This document shows, in pieces, positions 11,504-21,785 of a DNA stretch of 64,000 nucleotides. This stretch comes from an uncultured Pseudomonadales bacterium (GTDB lineage Bacteria > Patescibacteriota > Microgenomatia > UBA1400 > Chazhemtobacteraceae). Numbering within the stretch: position 1 is the stretch's first letter; each line of letters starts with the position of its first letter. The stretch lies in NCBI GenBank assembly GCA_964422035.1, contig CAYQZQ010000001.1:121013-185012 (forward strand). The letters run 5' to 3'. Both the position numbers and the translations under genes were made by a program. The notes under the pieces are model-generated. The model saw only the letters and a program-made list of their open reading frames with translations. It was not told where the DNA came from and did no database searches.

Positions 11504-12142
11504 TCAAACGCTAATTAGGATATGGAGCTTGAAAAGAAGACGCTCGATAACTAAGCGTGAGTTAACATTATTATCTAGGTCTTTAAGGCTTTGGTCAACC
11601 AGTTGAATTGCTCGGCTTCTAGATTTATTGGGTTGTTTTTTTAGGTGAAAACGAAGGGTGTCTAAAGCTTGAATTAAAGACTGGTTGTTTTTTTGTTTTG
11701 ATAGTTTCTCAGCGAGGGATACGAGCTTGCCGGGAGGATTTTTAGCTATGGTCTTAAATAAATCTAATGAATCTGGGTGGGAGGAGTTAGACTTTTTATC
11801 ATTTATATATATTAGCTGACCTCGAGATAAGACGGTGGGAAGTAGTTGGTTGGCAATTGGTGTAGTGAGGATGATTAGGTGATCTTGGGGTGGTTCTTCA
11901 AGAGTTTTAAGAAGGGCTTGTTGGGCAGGAAGAGTTAGATTTTGGGCTTGTTTTATGATAACTGGTTGAGTTTTTCCTCCTGTGGTTAAGGAAATTTGCT
12001 GTTGTAGTTTTCTGATTTGTGAGATCTTAATGCTCTCTTTTTTGCCGTCTAGTATTATTGGTGGCGAACTATCTTTGGGTATTAAAGATTTAATCTGGGA
12101 TTTTATTTGAGTTTGAGGACCAATGAGAATTTTTGTTAGCAT
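11504..12142 (-). CDS. holB: DNA polymerase III delta'-like subunit, minimal form
   Basis: AQQALLKTLEEPP and TVLSRGQ motifs of the clamp-loader delta'/tau family. No Walker A motif. 212 aa. Confidence 0.6.
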   Translation of the reverse strand: MLTKILIGPQTQIKSQIKSLIPKDSSPPIILDGKKESIKISQIRKLQQQISLTTGGKTQPVIIKQAQNLTLPAQQALLKTLEEPPQDHLIILTTPIANQLLPTVLSRGQLIYINDKKSNSSHPDSLDLFKTIAKNPPGKLVSLAEKLSKQKNNQSLIQALDTLRFHLKKQPNKSRSRAIQLVDQSLKDLDNNVNSRLVIERLLFKLHILISV

Positions 12143-12177
12143 AACTTTAGTATATATAATTTGCTACACTGTAGTTA

Positions 12178-13959
12178 ATGCCTGCCAATCAACAAGCAAG
12201 TACCGGTAATGCTGGAGTGGCTGATATTCTATTTGATGAAGGTCAGTTAACTGAAGAACAAAGAGACAAAGTTAAGTTGGAAGCTGTCAATCAGGGGAAA
12301 AGCGAGGTTGAGTTAATTTTGGAGCATAATTATGCTGGCAAGCAGAATGTGGTAAAAGCTAAAGCGCAAAAAATGGGGGTAGGTTTTGTGGATGTGTCAT
12401 CAGTTGGTATTGCGCCTGAGGCGGTGGGAATGATACCTGAATCGGTGGCAAAAAGATATCAGGTTTTGCCATTTGCCATTGATAATCAGGCAGGAGTTTT
12501 GTCTTTGGCAATTGCTAACCCGAATGATTTGGAGACGATTGATTTTATTCAATCAAAGTCAAATATGAAGGTGAAGCCTTATATGGCTGTAAAAGAAGAT
12601 TTAAAGCAAGCTATTGATAGAAGGTATAGTGAAAGTCTTTCAGGTGAGGTCAGCGAAGCTTTGGAAGAAGGCGGAGTTGTTGATCGGGGTGTGAAAACAG
12701 TTGATTCGGAGAGTTTGGGTGATGTAATAAAAGAGGCGCCGATTGCTAAGATTGTTAGCACGATTTTAGAGTTTGCTATTAAGGCTAGAGCTTCAGATGT
12801 ACATATTGAGCCTCATGAAACTAAAACGAGAATTCGATATAGGATCGATGGTATTTTGAGAGAGAAGTTGGTCTTACCCAAGTCAGTACATGAAGCGGTG
12901 ATAAGTAGGATTAAGATTTTGTCTGATATGAAGATTGATGAAAAAAGAGTGCCTCAGGATGGACGTTTTAATTTTGTAATGGGAGAGCATGAGGTTGATT
13001 TGAGGGTGAGTTCGATGCCAACTGTAAATGGTGAGAAAATTGTAATGAGGTTGTTGGAAAAGTCAGGAAGAGCGATGAGTTTGCCTGAGTTGGGGTTAAG
13101 AGGTAAGGCATTGAAAGACTTGAGAAACGCTATTCAGTATCCTCATGGTGTTGTGCTGGTAACTGGTCCTACGGGATCTGGTAAAACGACTACTTTGTAT
13201 TCGGCTTTGTCTATTTTGAATACTTCTAGGGTTAATATTATGACTTTGGAGGACCCGGTTGAGTATCAGATTTCAGGAGTGAACCAGGTACAGGTAAATC
13301 CCCAAGCCGGACTAACTTTTGCTTCCGGGCTGCGTAGCTTTTTGCGTCAAGACCCTAACATCATAATGGTCGGTGAGATTCGAGACGAAGAAACGGCCGG
13401 TTTGGCTATTCAAGCAGCTTTGACTGGTCACTTGGTTTTATCTACTTTGCATACTAATAGTGCTGCTGGTGCGTTGCCGCGTTTGTTGGATATGAAGGCT
13501 GAGCCATATCTTTTGGCTTCTTCTATATTGGCTGTAGTGGCTCAAAGAGTGGTAAGAAAAGTCTGTCCGGTTTGTAAAACTTCGTATGTACCTGATCAAG
13601 AGATAATTAGTGATATGAAAGAGATTCTAGGTCCTTTGTATGAAGCTTGGAGAAAAACACACTCTGAGGAAGTACAAAAAGCGCAAGAACAAAATGGGGA
13701 TATTTTATTGTATAAAGGGGGAACGCAAGACTGCGTTGAGTGTGGTGGGACGGGATATAAAGGAAGGGTGGGTATTTTTGAGGTAATGTTGATATCAGAT
13801 CAGATAAGTAAAATGTTGCTGGAGAGATCTTCATCAGGCGATATACAAAAACAAGCTGTGAAAGAAGGCATGGTGTTGATGGACCAAGATGGTTATCTGA
13901 AGGCTTTAGATGGTATGACGACTTTAGAAGAGGTGTTAAGAGTTGCTAAACAACAGTAA
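12178..13959 (+). CDS. pilB: type IV pilus assembly ATPase PilB (GspE family)
   Basis: N-terminal T2SSE_N-like domain, Walker A LVTGPTGSGKTTTLY, and tetracysteine CPVC...CVECGG motif. Confidence 0.9.
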   Translation: MPANQQASTGNAGVADILFDEGQLTEEQRDKVKLEAVNQGKSEVELILEHNYAGKQNVVKAKAQKMGVGFVDVSSVGIAPEAVGMIPESVAKRYQVLPFAIDNQAGVLSLAIANPNDLETIDFIQSKSNMKVKPYMAVKEDLKQAIDRRYSESLSGEVSEALEEGGVVDRGVKTVDSESLGDVIKEAPIAKIVSTILEFAIKARASDVHIEPHETKTRIRYRIDGILREKLVLPKSVHEAVISRIKILSDMKIDEKRVPQDGRFNFVMGEHEVDLRVSSMPTVNGEKIVMRLLEKSGRAMSLPELGLRGKALKDLRNAIQYPHGVVLVTGPTGSGKTTTLYSALSILNTSRVNIMTLEDPVEYQISGVNQVQVNPQAGLTFASGLRSFLRQDPNIIMVGEIRDEETAGLAIQAALTGHLVLSTLHTNSAAGALPRLLDMKAEPYLLASSILAVVAQRVVRKVCPVCKTSYVPDQEIISDMKEILGPLYEAWRKTHSEEVQKAQEQNGDILLYKGGTQDCVECGGTGYKGRVGIFEVMLISDQISKMLLERSSSGDIQKQAVKEGMVLMDQDGYLKALDGMTTLEEVLRVAKQQ

Positions 13960-13977
13960 TTAACTATATTTAAGATA

Positions 13978-15027
13978 ATGACTATACAAGAATTAATGCA
14001 GACTGCTTTTGAAAAGGGTGCTTCGGATCTGCATATTATTGCTGGTTCTCCGCCTACTTTAAGGATTGATGGGAAATTAGCTCCATTGACTGATCAGGAG
14101 TTGACGGGAGATCAGACTCAAGAGTTGATTTTGCAGCTTATAAATGAACAGCAAAAAAACAAGTTGTGGGAGTCAAGAGAGCTTGATTTTTCAACTGAGC
14201 TTGAAGGTGTGGGAAGATTTAGGGCTAATGCCTATTGGCAAAAGAAAAGCTTAGGAATAGCTTTGCGCACGATAAGTGACAAAATTCCTACTATTGACGA
14301 GTTGAGACTGCCTAAGATTTGCTATCAGTTGTCACAATTAAGGCAAGGGTTTGTTTTGGTAACTGGTCCTACAGGTCATGGTAAAAGTTCTACATTGGCT
14401 GCAATTATTGGAGAGATAAATCGCAATCGTTTTGAGCATATTGTTACTATTGAAGACCCAATTGAGTTTGTATATGAAGCTGATAAGTCAATTATTTCTC
14501 AAAGAGAGATGAGTGAAGATACCTTAAGTTGGCCAGGTGCCCTGAAAAGTACCTTGCGTGAAGATCCTGATGTTGTACTGGTGGGAGAGATGCGAGACCC
14601 TGAGACGATGCAGGCGGCATTGACGGTAGCTGAGACCGGCCACTTGGTTTTTGCCACTTTACATACTAATAGTGCAGCTCAGACGGTTGACCGTATTGTT
14701 GATAGTTTCCCTGAAGAGCAGCAAGGGCAAGTTAAGATTCAGTTGGCTGCAACCCTTGAAGCAGTTGTCTCACAGAGGTTGATTCCGGCTATTGAAGGTG
14801 GTCGAGTACCTGCTGCTGAGATTTTAGTTGGTACTCCAGCGGTAAGAAATAATATCAGAGAAGGTAAAACGCATCAGTTAGATAGTGTGATTCAAACTTC
14901 TGCTGAGATGGGTATGGCCAGCCTTGAGGCATCACTAGCTTATTGGGTAAAGCAAAATGTAGTTAGTCTGGAGACAGCCAGAGGATTTGCTGTAAGACCT
15001 GGAGATTTAGATAGATTAGTAAGGTAA
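13978..15027 (+). CDS. pilT: twitching-motility retraction ATPase PilT
   Basis: ASDLHI N-terminus, Walker A LVTGPTGHGKSSTL, and AIRNNIREGK PilT signature. Confidence 0.9.
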   Translation: MTIQELMQTAFEKGASDLHIIAGSPPTLRIDGKLAPLTDQELTGDQTQELILQLINEQQKNKLWESRELDFSTELEGVGRFRANAYWQKKSLGIALRTISDKIPTIDELRLPKICYQLSQLRQGFVLVTGPTGHGKSSTLAAIIGEINRNRFEHIVTIEDPIEFVYEADKSIISQREMSEDTLSWPGALKSTLREDPDVVLVGEMRDPETMQAALTVAETGHLVFATLHTNSAAQTVDRIVDSFPEEQQGQVKIQLAATLEAVVSQRLIPAIEGGRVPAAEILVGTPAVRNNIREGKTHQLDSVIQTSAEMGMASLEASLAYWVKQNVVSLETARGFAVRPGDLDRLVR

Positions 15028-15028
15028 T

Positions 15029-16249
15029 ATGGCAACACAACAAAAAAAACAGTATGAGTATAAAGCTAGAAAAGAAGATGGGGCGGTGGCAACAGGAAGT
15101 GTTGAGGCTGTTAGTGAAGAGCAAGCGGTGAGGATGATTAGAGCTCGTGGGTGGCTTTTAGTTTCAATTAAAGAAAAGAAGGAGGGTGATCTTTCTCAGT
15201 TATTGCAAAAGTTTGAGAAAGTTAAAAGTGATGATGTGGTGGGTTTTACTCGCCAGTTGTCAACTATGGTTGGTGCAGGCTTGCCTTTAACTGAAGCCTT
15301 AAGCATTTTGGAGGTGCAGAGCAGTCAGGCGATGAGTAGATTGGTGTCTGAGATAAGGCAGGAGGTTGAGGCAGGAAATTCCTTGTCAGATGCTCTTGAA
15401 GAAGCTGGCAGCGATGTTTTTTCCAAGGTGTATATAGCTCTTGTAAGGGCAGGTGAATCAGCTGGTGTTTTAGATGAAATATTGATGAGGTTGGCTAATA
15501 ATATGGAGAAACAGAGAGAGTTTAAACAAAATATTAAAGGAGCAATGATCTATCCGATTATTGTTTTGGTTGGTATGGTTGTTGTTGGTATTATAATGAT
15601 GATTTTTGTGGTTCCTAAAATGACAGCTATGTACAAGGATTTTGGAGCTACACTCCCCTTACCTACTCAGATCTTGATTGGACTGAGTGATTTTCTAGTA
15701 AATTTTTGGTACATACTTTTTATATTGGTTGGAGGGGTTGCTTATTTTGTGTATAAGTGGTCAAAGACAGAAGTGGGGGCTTTATTAATTGAGAAAGCAA
15801 TTTTTGATATTCCAATAATTGGTCCTTTACGTAAAAAGGTCATTTTGGCAGAGTTTGCTAGAACAATGAGTTTATTAATCGGGGCTGGAATTTCTATTTT
15901 GGAGGCATTGCGTATTGTTTCTGATGCTGTTGGTAGCAAGATTATTAAAATGAGACTTGAAGAGGCTGCTAGTGAAGTAGAAAAAGGAAGGCCTTTGGGA
16001 ATTGTGTTGGCGAAATTTGAGGAGTTTCCACCGATTTTTCCTCAAATGTTGTCTGTGGGAGAACAAACTGGTCAGGTGTCGGAGATTCTAACTAGGATTG
16101 CTGATTATTTTGAGCAGGAGAGTGAGGTGGGAGTGAATGCGCTAGCGACTGCAATTGAGCCTATTATTATTGTAATCATGGGAATTGGTGTCTTGTTTTT
16201 AGTAATGGCTGTTATCATGCCTATCTATAACTTGACCAGTCAGTTTTAA
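15029..16249 (+). CDS. pilC: type IV pilus platform protein PilC (GspF family)
   Basis: Two GspF repeats, each with TM segments. 406 aa. Confidence 0.9.
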   Translation: MATQQKKQYEYKARKEDGAVATGSVEAVSEEQAVRMIRARGWLLVSIKEKKEGDLSQLLQKFEKVKSDDVVGFTRQLSTMVGAGLPLTEALSILEVQSSQAMSRLVSEIRQEVEAGNSLSDALEEAGSDVFSKVYIALVRAGESAGVLDEILMRLANNMEKQREFKQNIKGAMIYPIIVLVGMVVVGIIMMIFVVPKMTAMYKDFGATLPLPTQILIGLSDFLVNFWYILFILVGGVAYFVYKWSKTEVGALLIEKAIFDIPIIGPLRKKVILAEFARTMSLLIGAGISILEALRIVSDAVGSKIIKMRLEEAASEVEKGRPLGIVLAKFEEFPPIFPQMLSVGEQTGQVSEILTRIADYFEQESEVGVNALATAIEPIIIVIMGIGVLFLVMAVIMPIYNLTSQF

Positions 16250-16318
16250 GGACTTGACAAGGGCACTTAGGTGCATCATAGTTAAGATATAATAAATATT
16301 TAGTTGTACCTGCCTCAA

Positions 16319-16870
16319 ATGAAAAATAAAAAAGGTTTTACGTTAATTGAGCTTTTAATTGTTATTGGAATTTTAGGAATTTTAGCAACAGGACTTTTAG
16401 CTGCTGTTGATCCATTTGAACAACTTAAGAAGGCTAGAGATACAAATACCAGGAATGCAGCAGTTGAGATGCATAATGGTTTTATTAGGTATTACGCAAC
16501 ACACGGTGCTTTGCCTTGGGATGACAGCGGTGCAGGTACTGATTGTACTGACAATTTGGCTGATATTAGAAGTACGTCCACTGAGACTTCTGTGTCTGAT
16601 ATTTCAGACTGTGTGCAGGAGTTGATAGACGATGGTGAACTCAAAGAAGATTTTATTGGAGCCTTAGGAGACGATGCGGATGATATTATTATTACCTCAA
16701 CAAGTGGTGTTGCTGTCTCTGTTTGTTTTTCACCTGAGAGTAAGGCAATCTTTAGTGATGTAGCTACAAAATATAATGTATATGGAGAAGATGTAAGTGC
16801 AACAACGTGTGAGAGTACTGCTAAGGATTCATTAACTCCAGGAACAACTTGCTATTGGTGTGCTAAGTAA
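16319..16870 (+). CDS. type IV (major?) pilin with class III signal peptide
   Basis: MKNKKGFTLIELLIVIGILGILA prepilin leader with cleavage after G and conserved E5. C-terminal Cys pair. Start moved to the Met internal to the track ORF. Confidence 0.8.
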   Translation: MKNKKGFTLIELLIVIGILGILATGLLAAVDPFEQLKKARDTNTRNAAVEMHNGFIRYYATHGALPWDDSGAGTDCTDNLADIRSTSTETSVSDISDCVQELIDDGELKEDFIGALGDDADDIIITSTSGVAVSVCFSPESKAIFSDVATKYNVYGEDVSATTCESTAKDSLTPGTTCYWCAK

Positions 16871-16946
16871 AGAGATTTAAATTAAAAAGAAGAAACAGTC
16901 AGTATTTAACTGGCTGTTTTTTTATGATTGATGATAAGATGGCTTT

Positions 16947-17747
16947 ATGATGATAGGATTATGGTTGTTTATCATTGGAGTAGTAATAGGAAGTTTTTTA
17001 AACGTTGTAGTTTATAGAACTGTGTATGACAAGTCGCCTCTTGAGGGAAGATCAAAGTGTCCTGAGTGTGAAGAAAAAATATCATGGAAGCACAACATTC
17101 CCCTACTCTCTTATGTATTGCTTAAAGGCAGATGTGCTCACTGTAACTCAAAGATTTCTTTACAGTATCCGGTGGTTGAGTTATTGTCTGGTCTGCTATT
17201 TGTATGGTGGTATGTAGTTGGGTGGAGCTTTTTTCAGTTAGTCGAGACTCCTCTAATTTGGATACAGCCGATTTTTTGGCTAGGTGTAGGGATAGCTTTG
17301 CTTTTGGTGACTGTGTTTGATTTTAAGTATGGGATTATTCCAAACGGCTTAAATGTTGCTTTGTTTGTATGGGTTATGGTGTATCGGTTAGGGTTGGTTG
17401 GTATGGGAAGAATGCAGACAAGAGATTTTCTACTGGCTTTGTTATCCAGCGGTGTATTAGCAGCTTTTTTCTACTTTTTGTATAGGATTACTAAAAGACA
17501 GGGTTTTGGGTTTGGTGATGTTAAGCTGGCTCCTAGTTTGGGATTGATCTTGGGATGGCCCAAGATACTAGTGGGTGTGATGGCGTCTTTTGTAATAGGT
17601 GGAGTTGTGGCTGTTGTTTTAATGATTTTAGGCAAAAAGAAGATGAAGGAGACAATCGTGTTTGGTCCCTTTCTAACTTTGGGAACCTTGATTTCTTTAT
17701 GGTGGGGTGATTATATTTGGAGTTGGTACATGACTATGCTTAAATGA
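16947..17747 (+). CDS. pilD: prepilin peptidase PilD (A24 family)
   Basis: CPECEEKI...CAHCNSKIS zinc motif and FGFGDVKL active-site region. Polytopic. Confidence 0.9.
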   Translation: MMIGLWLFIIGVVIGSFLNVVVYRTVYDKSPLEGRSKCPECEEKISWKHNIPLLSYVLLKGRCAHCNSKISLQYPVVELLSGLLFVWWYVVGWSFFQLVETPLIWIQPIFWLGVGIALLLVTVFDFKYGIIPNGLNVALFVWVMVYRLGLVGMGRMQTRDFLLALLSSGVLAAFFYFLYRITKRQGFGFGDVKLAPSLGLILGWPKILVGVMASFVIGGVVAVVLMILGKKKMKETIVFGPFLTLGTLISLWWGDYIWSWYMTMLK

Positions 17748-18280
17748 TAATAAGAATGAGGGACAAACAAGTTAGAGGTTTTACATTAATGGAGATACTT
17801 ATTGCAATGGCAATTATAGGTATTTTGGCTAGTGTGGGATTTGGTTCATACATTAGAAGCTTAAAAAAAGGTCGAGATGCACAACGAAAATCTGATCTGA
17901 ATCAGGTTCAAAGTGCACTGGAGGCTTATATGAGCGATTTTCAGGTGTATCCGGGTTGTAATTCGGAAGGTAAGATTGTTGGTTGTAGTGATGGAGATGC
18001 TGATTGTGATTGGGGTGATTCATTTGTTAGAAATGTGGGAGATACCACGAAAACATATATGAGTAGGTTGCCTGAGGATCCTGTGTCTGGAGCAGATTAT
18101 GTTTATGTTTCGGATGGAGATAAGTATCAATTGTTTTCTGTTTTGGAAAATGATCAGGATCCTGATTATGTGGATAGCTATACGACTGTATGTGGCGAAG
18201 AGGCTTGTAAGTATGGAGTGCCTAGTCCAAACAATAACATGAGTGCTGAAATGACAATTGCAGACGATTGTTCGTTGTAA
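17744..18280 (+). CDS. pilin-like protein with prepilin leader
   Basis: RGFTLMEILIAMAIIGILA prepilin leader. Confidence 0.75.
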   Translation: MIIRMRDKQVRGFTLMEILIAMAIIGILASVGFGSYIRSLKKGRDAQRKSDLNQVQSALEAYMSDFQVYPGCNSEGKIVGCSDGDADCDWGDSFVRNVGDTTKTYMSRLPEDPVSGADYVYVSDGDKYQLFSVLENDQDPDYVDSYTTVCGEEACKYGVPSPNNNMSAEMTIADDCSL

Positions 18281-18309
18281 TTATCAAATTGATGGGATAG
18301 TATTAAATT

Positions 18310-18753
18310 ATGATTAGTCAGGAAAAGAAGGGGTTTACATTAATTGAGCTTTTAGTGGTAGTGGCGATAATTGGAACATTGACGGGTTTGGCTACTGTTA
18401 ATTTTCAGGATGCAAGAGAGCGAGCAAGAGACGCTCAGAGAAAAGGAGACGTGAAGCAGATTCAGAAGGCTATGGAGCTTTATAAGAATGATCAGTCAGC
18501 TCAACACTACCCGGATGATAATGATCCTGTCGAGACTTGGAGAGAAAAGTTGGAATCAGGAGGATATATGAATAATGTACCCAATGACCCCAAGGCTAGG
18601 GCAGCAGAAAGTAGTTGGCCTGATTACGAATATGATCGCAGTAGTGTTTTGGAGTACACCTTGGTGGCTTGTTTGGAGAATCCTGCAGATCTAGATATAG
18701 ATGAGACAAATACTTGCGATAGTGGCTATAGTTATACATTAACCCAACCTTAA
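18310..18753 (+). CDS. pilin/pseudopilin-like protein
   Basis: KGFTLIELLVVVAIIGTL leader followed by GspG-like QRKGDVKQI. Confidence 0.75.
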   Translation: MISQEKKGFTLIELLVVVAIIGTLTGLATVNFQDARERARDAQRKGDVKQIQKAMELYKNDQSAQHYPDDNDPVETWREKLESGGYMNNVPNDPKARAAESSWPDYEYDRSSVLEYTLVACLENPADLDIDETNTCDSGYSYTLTQP

Positions 18754-18755
18754 AA

Positions 18756-19181
18756 ATGGAAAACAAACAAAGAGGATTTACATTACTTGAGCTTTTAGTA
18801 GTTATTGGAATTATTGGAATATTAGTAGGTATCGGGACTATTTCGTACCAGTCTGCACAAGAAAAAAGTCGTGACTCTAGACGGCGTGGAGATTTAAAGG
18901 CGATTTCAAATGCTTTAGAGCAGTACTATGCTGAAAATACTGGCAGTTATCCTCAAGATATAGCTTGCACCGGATATGTTGATTATTTATCTGGTCCCGA
19001 ACCTACTGATCCAGTGACTGGTGATACTTATCTTGATGATGGCGACTGCGTTGTTGATGGAAGCAGTTATTGTGTGTGCGTAGAACTTGAAGGAACTGGG
19101 ACTGGGAATGCTTATGATGCAAGTTGTACCTGGACGGGCTCGGGAGACAAAGATTATTTTTGTGTTGAAAACCTACAATGA
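18756..19181 (+). CDS. pilin/pseudopilin-like protein
   Basis: RGFTLLELLVVIGIIGIL leader, RRRGDLKAI, and several Cys. Confidence 0.75.
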   Translation: MENKQRGFTLLELLVVIGIIGILVGIGTISYQSAQEKSRDSRRRGDLKAISNALEQYYAENTGSYPQDIACTGYVDYLSGPEPTDPVTGDTYLDDGDCVVDGSSYCVCVELEGTGTGNAYDASCTWTGSGDKDYFCVENLQ

Positions 19182-19579
19182 TAAATAATCGTAAAGGTTT
19201 TACGTTCATCGAGCTTTTGGTGGTGGTAACTATAATTGGGGTGTTGGCGGCTGTGGGTATGGTTAGTTATACGAGTACGAACAAAAGTGCTCGAGACTCA
19301 AAGAGGCTGGCTGATCTGGAACAAATAAGGACAGCATTGGAGATTTGTAGATCTGAGGCCGGTAGTTATCCAGCTGATATTTCAAGCGGAGTAGTTTGTG
19401 GTGGTGACTCTTATTTGTCTCCCCTACCCAGTGATCCCTGGGATAGTAAGACAGAGTATGGTTATAGTTATACTCAAAATTCTGAAACAAGTTATGATAT
19501 TTGTGCAACTTTGGAAAATGATGATAAATGCACAGGAACAATAAATGGAGATGGAGAATGTTGCCTAAGCAATCCTTAA
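19178..19579 (+). CDS. pilin/pseudopilin-like protein
   Basis: KGFTFIELLVVVTIIGVLA leader. Confidence 0.75.
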   Translation: MINNRKGFTFIELLVVVTIIGVLAAVGMVSYTSTNKSARDSKRLADLEQIRTALEICRSEAGSYPADISSGVVCGGDSYLSPLPSDPWDSKTEYGYSYTQNSETSYDICATLENDDKCTGTINGDGECCLSNP

Positions 19580-20037
19580 AGACCAAGGCTTTTACTTTAA
19601 TTGAAATAATGGTGGTTATATCGATAATTGCTCTGTTGAGCGCAGGATCTTTGGTGGCATTTAATAACTTAAGAGAGAAAAGGTTGGTTAGAGGTGATGC
19701 AGATTTGGTAATACAGGAGTTGAAGAAGGCAAGAACAAAGGCAAGATCGGGTGAAAAACCTGAAGCTTGTCTTTCAGATTTAGAAGGATACGAAGTAGAA
19801 GTGTCTGGACCCTCTGTGATTTTAAGAGTAAGTTGCGGAAATACGATAGAGCATAATACAGTACAGATGCAAAACAGTTCAATTGTAGGCACTGAAGAGG
19901 TTGAGTTCGATGCGTTGGGAGGAGCCACTCCAGCAACTATTTATGTATGTGGAAGCAATAGTCTATATGGATATGCAATTGAGGTGACGGGCTCAGGCTT
20001 GATTGAGTCACCTGTAGAATACAGTGGTTGTAGTTAA
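19558..20037 (+). CDS. pilin-like protein
   Basis: KAFTLIEIMVVISIIALLSA leader. Start assigned to the internal Met. Overlaps the previous gene by 22 nt. Confidence 0.65.
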   Translation: MLPKQSLKTKAFTLIEIMVVISIIALLSAGSLVAFNNLREKRLVRGDADLVIQELKKARTKARSGEKPEACLSDLEGYEVEVSGPSVILRVSCGNTIEHNTVQMQNSSIVGTEEVEFDALGGATPATIYVCGSNSLYGYAIEVTGSGLIESPVEYSGCS

Positions 20038-20052
20038 AACTTTTAAGATATT

Positions 20053-20463
20053 ATGAAGTTATTTAAAGACATTAACGGCCAGACTTTGATAGAAGTGATA
20101 GTAGCTGTGGCGGTGATAAGTTTGGTTTTAACAGGGATTGTCATAGCGGTAACTAGTGGATTGAAGACTTCAAGAATATCTAGAGAAAGATTTGAGGCAA
20201 GGAGGATTGTTGATTCTGAGTTGGAAGACATACGAAGTGAAAGAAATAACGATCCTGGTAGTTTTTTTGTAAGTGAAAATGCTGGAGATACCATTGAGGT
20301 AGGTCCTGATGTGGTAGAAGGCAACTCGACTAGTTATGAGAAAACAGTGACTTATGATTATGCTGCTGATGGCAGAGAGGTTGAAGTGACGGTTGCAGTG
20401 GAATGGGGGGGTGAAGAATCATATTCTGTAAGCCAGACAACGATATTAACTCTTTGGCAGTAG
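20053..20463 (+). CDS. minor-pilin-like protein with atypical leader (GQTLIEV)
   Basis: NGQTLIEVIVAVAVISLVL resembles PilV/GspI-type minor pilin leaders. Confidence 0.55.
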   Translation: MKLFKDINGQTLIEVIVAVAVISLVLTGIVIAVTSGLKTSRISRERFEARRIVDSELEDIRSERNNDPGSFFVSENAGDTIEVGPDVVEGNSTSYEKTVTYDYAADGREVEVTVAVEWGGEESYSVSQTTILTLWQ

Positions 20464-20487
20464 GTTAATTATTGATATGATGAGTTT

Positions 20488-20961
20488 ATGAAGGGGTTTA
20501 CATTAATGGAATTGGTAGTGGTGGTTGCAGTTATGGCGGTGGCTTTAGCAGCGACAGCTGGTTTATTTACTCAATCTTTTAGGAGTGGTAGTAAGACTGA
20601 GAAAATAGTTTTGGTAGAAGAGAACATGAGACAATCAATGGATATTATGGAGAGAATGATTAGAAATGCTTCTAAAATAGAAAGTGTTGGTGGAGGTGTG
20701 TGCCCAGGGTCAGGGCAGAGCTTGACGATATTAAATACTGATAATGATACGACTATTTTTTCTTTAAGTGATGGGCAGATTGCTTCTAACGGGGCTGCCT
20801 TAAGTGGAGATAAGGTTGTGGTAGAGAGTTTGCAGTTTCAGTGTATTAGGAATAGCGGGGCGCCTGATAAAGTTGAGATTAATACGCAGGCGAGAGCAGA
20901 TGTGGATGAGGAGGGTGATATAGTAGAATATACTAGAAATGTTGATTTAAGAAACTATTAA
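20488..20961 (+). CDS. pilin-like protein
   Basis: MKGFTLMELVVVVAVMAV leader. Confidence 0.7.
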   Translation: MKGFTLMELVVVVAVMAVALAATAGLFTQSFRSGSKTEKIVLVEENMRQSMDIMERMIRNASKIESVGGGVCPGSGQSLTILNTDNDTTIFSLSDGQIASNGAALSGDKVVVESLQFQCIRNSGAPDKVEINTQARADVDEEGDIVEYTRNVDLRNY

Positions 20962-20970
20962 AGATTAAAT

Positions 20971-21762
20971 GTGTATATGGGTATAAAAAGAGATGAGTCA
21001 GGGCAGGTAGCAGTCATTGTGGCTTTGAGTATGGCAGTTATGGCCACTATTACTCTATCTGTGGTGAGCAGATCAGTAGTAGATTTAAGGTTAACTGATA
21101 TTGAGGAGGAGTCCGCGTCAGCATTGAAAGCAGCTGAGGCTGGTCTTGAAAAAGCTCTGAAAGGTCTTGAGTCTGATGATTTTAGTAGTAGCGATTTTCC
21201 AGGTGCGTCTTATCAGGTTGATGTAGAAGACAAAGGTGAGACAGGTTTTGTTACCGCGTCGGCGATAAGTAGAGGCGAGGTTGTTGAGGTTGAGATGGGA
21301 GGGGCTAATCCGCCATCTAGTATAAGAGTTTATTGGGGAGATAGTAATGATGACAACCAGTCCCCTACTGGCGCAGTTGAGATTTTAAAATACAGCAAGG
21401 TTTCTGATAGTGATTATAGAGTTGAGAGATTTGTTTATGATCCAGATGCTACTAGGAGGTCGTCTAATAATTTTTCTGCTCCACTTTCAATCAATCCGGG
21501 AGGTTTTCAGAGTGTTGATTTTACTGCTAGGTCAGAGATTCTTACAGATGCTGATGATGTTTTGATTAGGATAAGAACTTTTTATAATCTGGCAACTTTG
21601 GGGGTTGAGCCTTTGGGAGGGGTGCTACCTCAGCAGATATATGAAGCGGTGGCAACAGGTGAGGCGGCAGATGATGTGCAAAGGAAAGTCAGGGCGGTAA
21701 GAGGTAGTCCTCAATTGCCGGCAGCTTTTGATGCGGCTTTATATTCAGGAGGTAGTTTGTAG
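20971..21762 (+). CDS. PilX_N-like pilus-associated protein
   Basis: ESGQVAVIVALSMAVMATITLSV hydrophobic N-terminus typical of PilX N-terminal domains. Lies inside the pilus locus. Confidence 0.45.
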   Translation: MYMGIKRDESGQVAVIVALSMAVMATITLSVVSRSVVDLRLTDIEEESASALKAAEAGLEKALKGLESDDFSSSDFPGASYQVDVEDKGETGFVTASAISRGEVVEVEMGGANPPSSIRVYWGDSNDDNQSPTGAVEILKYSKVSDSDYRVERFVYDPDATRRSSNNFSAPLSINPGGFQSVDFTARSEILTDADDVLIRIRTFYNLATLGVEPLGGVLPQQIYEAVATGEAADDVQRKVRAVRGSPQLPAAFDAALYSGGSL

Positions 21763-21785
21763 TTGTTTAATGTTATGATAATGTT

